Shown: piece after piece, positions 31,931 through 39,056 of the stretch | Numbering within the stretch: the first letter of the stretch is position 1 | How the letters are laid out: each line of letters opens with the position of its first letter | Assembly: GCF_030013595.1 (NCBI RefSeq) | Contig: NZ_CP122768.1 | Direction: 5' to 3' (one strand) | From: Escherichia coli | Lineage (GTDB): Bacteria > Pseudomonadota > Gammaproteobacteria > Enterobacterales > Enterobacteriaceae | DNA: 64,000 bases | The notes under the pieces: generated by a model | What the model saw: only the letters and a program-made list of their open reading frames with translations | Told to the model about the DNA's origin: nothing | Database searches by the model: none | Position numbers and translations under genes: made by a program

Positions 31931-32788
31931 ATGAAGAAAGCAGCAATTTTAATTGATGCGGGTTTTTTCATGCAGCGTGTTCATGCTACGCATCGTAAAC
32001 ACTTCGCCGAGCATGAACTGACTGCGCAATGCATAATGAAAGTAATATGGTCAATGGTTCTTTCCCATCTTAATGGAAAACGTCAATCACAAGAACGTAG
32101 GGAACCGCTTGAGCTTTATAGAATTTACTTCTATGACTGTCCACCACTCGACATTCAAACACGCCTTCCACTTCCTGAGCCTGGCAATAAGACGCCTGGT
32201 CGCAAGAATTTCAAACTCGAAAAATCATATATTCTGAGAACGGAGCTGCATGAAGAGTTAAGAAAAACTCGAAAAACAGCCTTAAGATTAGGGAATCTTG
32301 TTGATAATAAGCGATGGCAACTAACTACATTCTCCCTTGATGCTCTGATGAAAGGAACGAAAAAATGGGATGAACTGACAAATGATGATTTTTACTATGA
32401 CATCAAACAAAAACAAGTTGATATCAAGCTAGGGATGGATATCACGACTTTAGCTTATGAAAAACTTGTTGATGTAATTGTCCTTGTTGCTGGGGACTCA
32501 GACTTTGTGCCTGCCGCCAAACACGCCAGAATTAAAGGTATTGATTTTATTCTTGATCCACTAAGACAGAATGTTACCCCATCACTGTCAGAGCACATTG
32601 ATGGAGTTCAGTCATACAGCTTGATATCAGGACTTGCCGATGCTTTACATGTTGAGCCAGACCCGGCACCTGACTGGTGGGAAGATCGAAAAAAAGGCAA
32701 GCCTAGAGGAAAAAACAATAGCGGTAAACGCAGGTATGGAAACACTCAAGCTGAGTCAGCAAAGAAACATCAAAGAAATAAACGATAA
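31931..32788 (+). CDS. NYN/LabA-like (PIN-fold) putative ribonuclease with a Lys/Arg-rich C-terminal tail, in the rexAB position
   Basis: 285 aa with the motifs AAILIDAGFF, VDIKLGMDITT and VIVLVAGDSDFVPAAKHARIKGIDFIL. The tail is KKGKPRGKNNSGKRRYGNTQAESAKKHQRNKR. AT-rich. The family was assigned by eye only. Confidence 0.7.
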   Translation: MKKAAILIDAGFFMQRVHATHRKHFAEHELTAQCIMKVIWSMVLSHLNGKRQSQERREPLELYRIYFYDCPPLDIQTRLPLPEPGNKTPGRKNFKLEKSYILRTELHEELRKTRKTALRLGNLVDNKRWQLTTFSLDALMKGTKKWDELTNDDFYYDIKQKQVDIKLGMDITTLAYEKLVDVIVLVAGDSDFVPAAKHARIKGIDFILDPLRQNVTPSLSEHIDGVQSYSLISGLADALHVEPDPAPDWWEDRKKGKPRGKNNSGKRRYGNTQAESAKKHQRNKR

Positions 32789-32795
32789 TCCCATC

Positions 32796-32824
32796 AACCC
32801 GGCCACCGAGCCGGGTTTTCTTTG
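32796..32824 (+). terminator. Rho-independent terminator after the NYN gene
   Basis: AACCCGGC-caccga-GCCGGGTT followed by TTCTTT. Confidence 0.75.
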
Positions 32825-32996
32825 CCTCACGCCCCCACCTAAAGACACATAACCAAATGTATTTATTGAAAAATAAATAGATACAACTCACTAAACCACG
32901 CAATTCTGATCTCTCCTTACATCGCCGAGGCGATACACCCACGCTAAAAAACAACACTATTAAATACAAAGCGTTATAAAAAATCACCCCATTTTA

Positions 32997-33037
32997 GAAC
33001 AAATTGTATTGACCCAATAAAGTACATATCGTACTAT
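32997..33037 (+). promoter_or_regulatory. pL (TTGACC-17-TACTAT) with overlapping OL operators
   Basis: -35 at 33009-33014 and -10 at 33032-33037. The perfect inverted repeat AGTAC-atatc-GTACT lies at 33021-33035, and GAACAAATTGTATTG at 32997-33011. Confidence 0.7.
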
Positions 33038-33082
33038 TTAACCGTCAGCAGGACGCTGTAAGCCAAACGGAGCAGACTGGCA

Positions 33083-33129
33083 GGCTCTTTAAACAACGTC
33101 GAACACTCGACTACGTGGCTGAAAAGCCA
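33083..33129 (+). promoter_or_regulatory. nutL: boxA GGCTCTTTAAACAA (33083-33096) and boxB TGGCT-GAAA-AGCCA (33116-33129)
   Basis: It lies between pL and N. The CTACG spacer precedes boxB at both nut sites. Confidence 0.7.
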
Positions 33130-33227
33130 GATCACCCAACCATATAAGCTGTGGGATGCAATGCCGAAGCAACCGTCTCAGGAGGAGCTTCGAGATTGCA
33201 TCGCCAAAGTTTATTCGGGAGGAATCT

Positions 33228-33500
33228 ATGTCCAGAAAAACAGAATTTAAAGGCACCGCAGCTTCTCGCCGTAGAGCTCGTCGTGCAAACCTGCAAAGTC
33301 AGGAGGCGATCAGCTCTGACAAGCTACACAGGCCAACCCCTTCACGAGTGGTCTTACAATGCAAACGCAAACCAGTAATGAGAGCAGAAGTAATAACACT
33401 GACAACGTTGACCAGAAAATATGAAGGCTCAACTTGTCTTCCAAATGTAGCCATTTACGCGGCAGGCTACAGGAAATCCAAACAGCTGACAGCAAGATGA
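33228..33500 (+). CDS. N: N-type antitermination protein (Arg-rich motif; P22 gp24-like C-terminus)
   Basis: The start is refined to MSRKTEFKGTAASRRRARRANLQSQ, with a GGAGG SD. The C-terminus LPNVAIYAAGYRKSKQLTAR resembles P22 gp24 as I recall it. Confidence 0.75.
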   Translation: MSRKTEFKGTAASRRRARRANLQSQEAISSDKLHRPTPSRVVLQCKRKPVMRAEVITLTTLTRKYEGSTCLPNVAIYAAGYRKSKQLTAR

Positions 33501-33558
33501 CTTGTGTTGGTCGCCAGAAAATGAAATTAGGCAGCAAACCACTTATTTGAGGTGAGAT

Positions 33559-33645
33559 ATGGAAGAAGAATTTGAAGAGTTCGAAGAGCATCCTCAGGAT
33601 GTGATGGAACAATACCAGGACTATCCGTATGACTACGACTATTGA
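33559..33645 (+). CDS. Candidate 28-aa highly acidic/aromatic peptide overlapping the ral start
   Basis: MEEEFEEFEEHPQDVMEQYQDYPYDYDY. A GAGGTGA SD lies 5-11 nt upstream. It is below the ORF-track size cut-off. Confidence 0.35.
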   Translation: MEEEFEEFEEHPQDVMEQYQDYPYDYDY

Positions 33646-33829
33646 TACAAATCAATGGTGTGGACAATTCAAACGATGCAATGGATGCAAGCTGCAATCG
33701 GAATGCATGGTTAAGCCTGAAGAAATGTTTCCTGTAATGGAAGATGGGAAATATGTCGATAAATGGGCAATACGAACGACGGCAATGATTGCCAGAGAAC
33801 TTGGTAAACAGAACAACAAAGCTGCCTGA
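33629..33829 (+). CDS. ral: Ral restriction-alleviation protein
   Basis: 66 aa, MTTTIDTNQWCGQFKRCNGCKLQSECMVKPEEMFPVMEDGKYVDKWAIRTTAMIARELGKQNNKAA. Confidence 0.9.
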   Translation: MTTTIDTNQWCGQFKRCNGCKLQSECMVKPEEMFPVMEDGKYVDKWAIRTTAMIARELGKQNNKAA

Positions 33830-34011
33830 TAGTGGCCTTTATTTTTGGCATAAATAACAGAATAAACACTGCACTGTGTATTCATTCCAACGAGTGAATA
33901 CACGGAGCAATGTCGCTCGTAACTAAACAGGAGCCGACTTGTTCTGATTATTGGAAATCTTCTTTGCCCTCCAGTGTGAGGGCGATTTTTTATCTATGAG
34001 GATATGAATAG

Positions 34012-34380
34012 ATGTCAAACATCAAAAAATACATCATTGATTACGACTGGAAAGCATCAATAGAAATTGAAATCGACCATGACTTAATGACAGAGGAAAA
34101 ACTTCACAAGATTAATAATTTCTGGTCAGACTCTGAATACCGACTCAATAAACACGGCTCTGTATTAAATGCTGTATTAATCATGCTGGCGCAACATGCT
34201 CTGCTTATAGCAATTTCAAGCGACTTAAATGCATATGGTGTTGTGTGTGAGTTCGACTGGAATGATGGAAATGGTCAGGAAGGATGGCCTACAATGGATG
34301 GTAGCGAAGGAATAAGAATTACCGATATCGATACATCAGGAATATTTGATTCAGATGATATGACTATCAAAGCCGCCTGA
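34012..34380 (+). CDS. ea10: Ea10 (lambda early-left protein, 122 aa)
   Basis: MSNIKKYIIDYDWKASIEIEIDHDLMTEEKLHKINNFWSDSEYRLNKHG... Confidence 0.85.
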   Translation: MSNIKKYIIDYDWKASIEIEIDHDLMTEEKLHKINNFWSDSEYRLNKHGSVLNAVLIMLAQHALLIAISSDLNAYGVVCEFDWNDGNGQEGWPTMDGSEGIRITDIDTSGIFDSDDMTIKAA

Positions 34381-34452
34381 GCGCGGCGTTACCGCATACC
34401 AATAACGCTTCACTCGAGGCGTTTTTCGTTATGTATAAATAAGGAGCACACC

Positions 34453-34617
34453 ATGCAATATGCCATTGCAGGGTGGCCTGTTGCTGGCTGCCCTTCCGAA
34501 TCTTTACTTGAACGAATCACCCGTAAATTACGTGACGGATGGAAACGCCTTATCGACATACTTAATCAGCCAGGAGTCCCAAAAAATGGATCAAACACTT
34601 ATGGCTATCCAGACTAA
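34453..34617 (+). CDS. cIII: CIII (FtsH inhibitor)
   Basis: My own translation gives [54 protein letters not shown] (54 aa), with an AGGAG SD. It is below the ORF-track cut-off. Confidence 0.9.
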   Translation: MQYAIAGWPVAGCPSESLLERITRKLRDGWKRLIDILNQPGVPKNGSNTYGYPD

Positions 34618-34729
34618 ATTCACTATCGCCACTTTTATTGGCGATGAAAAGATGTTTCGTGAAGCCGTCGACGCTTATAAAAAATGGATATTAATGCTGA
34701 AACTGAGATCAAGCAAAAGCATTCACTAA
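34586..34729 (+). CDS. kil: Kil (FtsZ-ring inhibitor)
   Basis: The internal start gives [47 protein letters not shown] (47 aa). Confidence 0.9.
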   Translation: MDQTLMAIQTKFTIATFIGDEKMFREAVDAYKKWILMLKLRSSKSIH

Positions 34730-34804
34730 CCCCCTTTCCTGTTTTCCTAATCAGCCTGGCATTTCGCGGGCGCTATTTTCACAGCCATTTTCAGGAGTTC
34801 AGCC

Positions 34805-35101
34805 ATGAACGCTTATTACATTCAGGATCGTCTTGAGGCTCAGAGCTGGGCGCGTCACTACCAGCAGATCGCCCGTGAAGAGAAAGAGGCAGAACTGGCA
34901 GACGACATGGAAAAAGGCCTGCCCCAGCACCTGTTTGAATCGCTATGCATCGATCATTTGCAACGCCACGGGGCCAGCAAAAAAGCCATTACCCGTGCGT
35001 TTGATGACGATGTTGAGTTTCAGGAGCGCATGGCAGAACACATCCGGTACATGGTTGAAACCATTGCTCACCACCAAGTTGATATTGATTCAGAGGTATA
35101 A
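34805..35101 (+). CDS. gam: Gam (RecBCD inhibitor), 98-aa form
   Basis: [56 protein letters not shown]... Confidence 0.95.
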   Translation: MNAYYIQDRLEAQSWARHYQQIAREEKEAELADDMEKGLPQHLFESLCIDHLQRHGASKKAITRAFDDDVEFQERMAEHIRYMVETIAHHQVDIDSEV

Positions 35102-35106
35102 AACGG

Positions 35107-35892
35107 ATGAGTACAGCACTCGCAACGCTGGCAGGGAAGCTGGCTGAACGTGTCGGCATGGATTCTGTCGACCCACAGGAACTGATCACCACTCTTCGCC
35201 AGACGGCATTTAAAGGTGATGCCAGCGATGCGCAGTTCATCGCATTGTTGATCGTCGCCAACCAGTACGGCCTTAATCCGTGGACGAAAGAAATTTACGC
35301 CTTCCCTGATAAGCAGAACGGCATCGTTCCGGTGGTGGGCGTTGATGGCTGGTCCCGCATCATCAATGAAAACCAGCAGTTTGATGGCATGGACTTTGAG
35401 CAGGACAATGAATCCTGTACATGCCGGATTTACCGCAAGGACCGTAATCATCCGATCTGCGTTACCGAATGGATGGATGAATGCCGCCGCGAACCATTCA
35501 AAACTCGCGAAGGCAGAGAAATCACGGGGCCGTGGCAGTCGCATCCCAAACGGATGTTACGGCATAAAGCCATGATTCAGTGTGCCCGTCTGGCCTTCGG
35601 ATTTGCTGGTATCTATGACAAGGATGAAGCCGAGCGCATTGTCGAAAATACTGCATACACTGCAGAACGCCAGCCGGAACGCGACATCACTCCGGTTAAC
35701 GATGAAACCATGCAGGAGATTAACACTCTGCTGATCGCCCTGGATAAAACATGGGATGACGACTTATTGCCGCTCTGTTCCCAGATATTTCGCCGCGACA
35801 TTCGCGCATCGTCAGAACTGACACAGGCCGAAGCAGTGAAAGCTCTTGGATTCCTGAAACAGAAAGCCTCTGAACAGAAGGTGGCTGCATGA
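35107..35892 (+). CDS. bet: Bet single-strand annealing recombinase
   Basis: 261 aa, [48 protein letters not shown]... Confidence 0.95.
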   Translation: MSTALATLAGKLAERVGMDSVDPQELITTLRQTAFKGDASDAQFIALLIVANQYGLNPWTKEIYAFPDKQNGIVPVVGVDGWSRIINENQQFDGMDFEQDNESCTCRIYRKDRNHPICVTEWMDECRREPFKTREGREITGPWQSHPKRMLRHKAMIQCARLAFGFAGIYDKDEAERIVENTAYTAERQPERDITPVNDETMQEINTLLIALDKTWDDDLLPLCSQIFRRDIRASSELTQAEAVKALGFLKQKASEQKVAA

Positions 35893-36569
35893 CACCGGAC
35901 ATTATCCTGCAGCGTACCGGGATCGACGTGAGAGCTGTCGAACAGGGGGATGATGCGTGGCACAAATTACGGCTCGGCGTCATCACCGCTTCAGAAGTTC
36001 ACAATGTGATAGCAAAACCCCGCTCCGGAAAGAAATGGCCTGACATGAAAATGTCCTACTTCCACACCCTGCTTGCCGAGGTTTGCACCGGTGTGGCTCC
36101 GGAAGTTAACGCTAAGGCGCTGGCCTGGGGAAAACAGTACGAGAACGACGCCAGAGCCCTCTTTGAGTTCACTTCCGGCGTGAATGTTACTGAATCCCCG
36201 ATCATCTATCGCGACGAAAGTATGCGCACCGCCTGCTCTCCCGATGGTTTATGCAGTGACGGCAACGGCCTTGAACTGAAATGCCCGTTTACCTCCCGGG
36301 ATTTCATGAAATTCCGGCTCGGTGGTTTCGAGGCCATAAAGTCGGCTTACATGGCCCAGGTGCAGTACAGCATGTGGGTGACGCGAAAAGATGCCTGGTA
36401 CTTTGCCAACTATGACCCACGAATGAAGCGTGAAGGCCTGCATTATGTCGTGGTTGAGCGGGATGAAAATTACATGGCGAGTTTTGACGAGATGGTGCCG
36501 GAGTTCATCGAAAAAATGGACGAGGCACTGGCTGAAATTGGTTTTGTATTTGGGGAGCAATGGCGATGA
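35889..36569 (+). CDS. exo: Exo 5'-3' exonuclease (Red alpha)
   Basis: 226 aa, [50 protein letters not shown]... Confidence 0.95.
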   Translation: MTPDIILQRTGIDVRAVEQGDDAWHKLRLGVITASEVHNVIAKPRSGKKWPDMKMSYFHTLLAEVCTGVAPEVNAKALAWGKQYENDARALFEFTSGVNVTESPIIYRDESMRTACSPDGLCSDGNGLELKCPFTSRDFMKFRLGGFEAIKSAYMAQVQYSMWVTRKDAWYFANYDPRMKREGLHYVVVERDENYMASFDEMVPEFIEKMDEALAEIGFVFGEQWR

Positions 36570-36748
36570 AGCATCCTCACGATAATATCCGGGTAGGTGC
36601 GATCACTTTCGTCTACTCCGTTACAAAGCGAGGCTGGGTATTTCCCGGCCTTTCTGTTACCCGAAATCCCCTGAAAGCACAGCGGCTGGCTGAGGAGATA
36701 AATAATAAACGGGGAGCTGTATGCACAAAGCATCTCCTGTTGAGTTAA
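36560..36748 (+). CDS. lambda orf60a-like protein
   Basis: 62 aa, [33 protein letters not shown]..., immediately after exo as in lambda. Confidence 0.75.
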   Translation: MAMKHPHDNIRVGAITFVYSVTKRGWVFPGLSVTRNPLKAQRLAEEINNKRGAVCTKHLLLS

Positions 36749-36912
36749 GAACGAGCATTGAGATGGCACATAGCCTCGCTCAAATTGGAGTCAGGTTTGT
36801 GCCAATACCAGTAGAAACAGACGAAGAATTTCATACGTTAGCCGCATCCCTTTCACAAAAGCTGGAAATGATGGTGGCGAAAGCAGAAGCAGATGAGAGA
36901 GACCAGGTATGA
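36721..36912 (+). CDS. lambda orf63-like protein
   Basis: 63 aa, [44 protein letters not shown]... Confidence 0.75.
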   Translation: MHKASPVELRTSIEMAHSLAQIGVRFVPIPVETDEEFHTLAASLSQKLEMMVAKAEADERDQV

Positions 36913-36988
36913 CAACCACTGAATGCATTTTTCTGGCAGCGGGCTTCATATTCTGTGTGCTTATGCTTGCCGACATGGGACTTGTTCA

Positions 36989-37204
36989 ATGACACATCAG
37001 CAAGAAAACGCCCTTCGCAGTATTGCCCGTCAGGCTAATTCTGAAATCAAAAAAGCCAGACAGCAGTTTCCGGATAAAAACGTCGATGACATTTGCCGTA
37101 GCGTACTGAAGAAGCACCGCGAAACGGTAACGCTGATGGGATTCACACCGACTCATTTAAGCCTGGCGATCGGCATGTTAAACGGCGTCTTTAAGGAACG
37201 GTGA
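36989..37204 (+). CDS. lambda orf61-like protein
   Basis: The internal start gives MTHQQENALRSIARQANSEIKKARQQFPDKNVDDICRSVLKKHRETV... Confidence 0.7.
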   Translation: MTHQQENALRSIARQANSEIKKARQQFPDKNVDDICRSVLKKHRETVTLMGFTPTHLSLAIGMLNGVFKER

Positions 37205-37226
37205 GCATGAAAAACAAAATCATCAT

Positions 37227-37250
37227 GGAGCTACAGGCTCCTTTTTTATT
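37227..37250 (+). terminator. Rho-independent terminator within the pL operon
   Basis: GGAGC-tacag-GCTCC followed by TTTTTTATT. Confidence 0.65.
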
Positions 37251-37302
37251 ATTCGCATTCACCCTCAAGCGTATTAACCAACAATTCAGGGATTAATGAA
37301 AG

Positions 37303-37524
37303 ATGGCAGACATCATTGATTCAGCATCAGAAATTGAAGAATTACAGCGCAACACAGCAATAAAAATGCGCCGCCTGAACCACCAGGCTATATCTGCCAC
37401 TCATTGTTGTGAGTGTGGCGATCCGATAGATGAACGAAGACGCTTGGCCGTTCAGGGTTGTCGGACTTGTGCAAGTTGCCAGGAGGATCTGGAACTTATC
37501 AGTAAACAGAGAGGTTCGAAGTGA
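37303..37524 (+). CDS. TraR/DksA-family C4 zinc-finger protein (lambda orf73-like)
   Basis: 73 aa with CCECGDPIDERRRLAVQGCRTCASC. Confidence 0.8.
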   Translation: MADIIDSASEIEELQRNTAIKMRRLNHQAISATHCCECGDPIDERRRLAVQGCRTCASCQEDLELISKQRGSK

Positions 37525-38069
37525 GCGAAATTAACTCTCAGGCACTGCGTGAAGCGGCAGAGCAGGCAATGCATGACGACTGGGGATTTGACGCAGACCT
37601 TTTCCATGAATTGGTAACACCATCGATTGTGCTGGAACTGCTGGATGAACGGGAAAGAAACCAGCAATACATCAAACGCCGCGACCAGGAGAACGAGGAT
37701 ATTGCGCTAACAGTAGGGAAACTGCGTGTTGAGCTTGAAACAGCAAAATCAAAACTCAACGAGCAGCGTGAGTATTACGAAGGTGTTATCTCGGATGGGA
37801 GTAAGCGTATTGCTAAACTGGAAAGCAACGAAGTCCGTGAAGACGGAAACCAGTTTCTTGTTGTTCGCCATCCTGGGAAGACTCCTGTTATCAAGCACTG
37901 CACTGGTGACCTGGAAGAGTTTCTGCGGCAGTTAATCGAACAAGACCCGTTAGTAACTATCGACATCATTACGCATCGCTATTACGGGGTTGGAGGTCAA
38001 TGGGTTCAGGATGCAGGTGAGTATCTGCATATGATGTCTGACGCTGGCATTCGCATCAAAGGAGAGTGA
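37521..38069 (+). CDS. ea22: Ea22
   Basis: 182 aa, MSEINSQALREAAEQAMHDDWGFDADLFHELVTPSIVLELLDERERNQQY... Confidence 0.85.
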   Translation: MSEINSQALREAAEQAMHDDWGFDADLFHELVTPSIVLELLDERERNQQYIKRRDQENEDIALTVGKLRVELETAKSKLNEQREYYEGVISDGSKRIAKLESNEVREDGNQFLVVRHPGKTPVIKHCTGDLEEFLRQLIEQDPLVTIDIITHRYYGVGGQWVQDAGEYLHMMSDAGIRIKGE

Positions 38070-38260
38070 GATCGGTTTTGTAAAAGATAACGCTTGTGAA
38101 AATGCTGAATTTCGCGTCGTCTTCACAGCGATGCCAGAGTCTGTAGTGTCAGATGATGACCGTACTCAAACATCGGGTTGAGTATTATCTTACTGTTTCT
38201 TTACATAAACATTGCTGATACCGTTTAGCTGAAACGACATACATTGCAAGGAGTTTATAA

Positions 38261-38542
38261 ATGAGTATCAATGAGTTAGAGTCTGAGCAAAAAGATTGGG
38301 CGTTATCAATGTTGTGCAGATCCGGTGTCTTGTCTCCATGCAGACATCACGAAGGTGTTTATGTAGATGAAGGTATAGATATAGAGTCGGCATACAAATA
38401 TTCCATGAAGGTTTATAAGTCTAATGAAGACAAATCCCCATTCTGCAATGTGCGAGAAATGACTGATACCGTGCAAAATTATTATCACGAGTACGGTGGA
38501 AACGATACTTGCCCTCTCTGTACAAAACATATAGATGATTAA
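38261..38542 (+). CDS. ea8.5: Ea8.5
   Basis: 93 aa, MSINELESEQKDWALSMLCRSGVLSPCRHHEGVYVDEGIDIESAYKYS... Confidence 0.85.
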   Translation: MSINELESEQKDWALSMLCRSGVLSPCRHHEGVYVDEGIDIESAYKYSMKVYKSNEDKSPFCNVREMTDTVQNYYHEYGGNDTCPLCTKHIDD

Positions 38543-38630
38543 ACCCAATATTACATAACAATCCTCGCACTCGCGGGGATTTATTTTATCTGAACTCGCT
38601 ACGGCGGGTTTTGTTTTATGGAGATGATAA

Positions 38631-38798
38631 ATGCACTTCCGAGTCACAGGAGAATGGAATGGAGAGCCATTCAACAGAGTTATCGAAGCGGAGAACATCA
38701 ACGACTGCTACGACCACTGGATGATATGGGCGCAGATAGCACATGCAGACATAACCAATATTCGAATTGAAGAACTGAAAGAACACCAAGCCGCCTGA
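38631..38798 (+). CDS. lambda orf55-like protein
   Basis: My own translation gives MHFRVTGEWNGEPFNRVIEAENINDCYDHWMIWAQIAHADITNIRIEELKEHQAA. It is followed by a GCCGCC/GGCGGT hairpin plus T-tract. Confidence 0.65.
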   Translation: MHFRVTGEWNGEPFNRVIEAENINDCYDHWMIWAQIAHADITNIRIEELKEHQAA

Positions 38799-38837
38799 TG
38801 GCGGTTTTTTCTTGCGTGTAATTGCGGAGACTTTGCG

Positions 38838-39056
38838 ATGTACTTGACACTTCAGGAGTGGAACGCTCGCCAGCGACGCCCAAGAAGCCTTGAAACAGTT
38901 CGTCGATGGGTGCGCGAATGCAGGATATTCCCTCCTCCGGTTAAGGATGGAAGAGAATATCTGTTCCACGAATCAGCGGTAAAGGTTGACTTAAATCGAC
39001 CAGTAACAGGTAGCCTTTTGAAGAGGATCAGAAATGGGAAGAAGGCGAAGTCATGA
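38838..39056 (+). CDS. xis: Excisionase Xis
   Basis: 72 aa, MYLTLQEWNARQRRPRSLETVRRWVRECRIFPPPVKDGREYLFHESAVKVDL... Confidence 0.95.
   Translation: MYLTLQEWNARQRRPRSLETVRRWVRECRIFPPPVKDGREYLFHESAVKVDLNRPVTGSLLKRIRNGKKAKS

Noticed and set aside
32703-32987. 94-aa minus-strand ORF between the NYN gene and pL. The same interval holds an 8-bp AT palindrome (TATTTATT-gaaaa-AATAAATA) and a small ATCGC/GCGAT hairpin.
   Set aside because: The ORF overlaps the NYN 3' end and its terminator, has no SD, and has odd composition. The palindromes are AT-only or lack T-tracts, so I could not assign a function. This is the region where lambda would carry the rexB end and OL3, and I see no sieB-like gene.
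33098-33111. Hairpin GTCGA-acac-TCGAC, first taken as the nutL boxB
   Set aside because: nutR has no equivalent. The GAAA-loop hairpin 5 nt downstream (33116-33129) matches the nutR boxB design, so this hairpin is treated as spacer structure.
33652-33903. 83-aa minus-strand ORF
   Set aside because: It is antisense to ral and is Cys/His/Ser-rich. It is probably a chance ORF.
35068-35544. 158-aa minus-strand ORF
   Set aside because: It is antisense to bet, which is unambiguously lambda Bet.
36910-36993. 27-aa hydrophobic micro-ORF MTTTECIFLAAGFIFCVLMLADMGLVQ between orf63 and orf61
   Set aside because: It is plausible as a small membrane peptide, since it overlaps the orf63 stop and the orf61 start. 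I cannot support it beyond the reading frame, so I did not list it as a feature.
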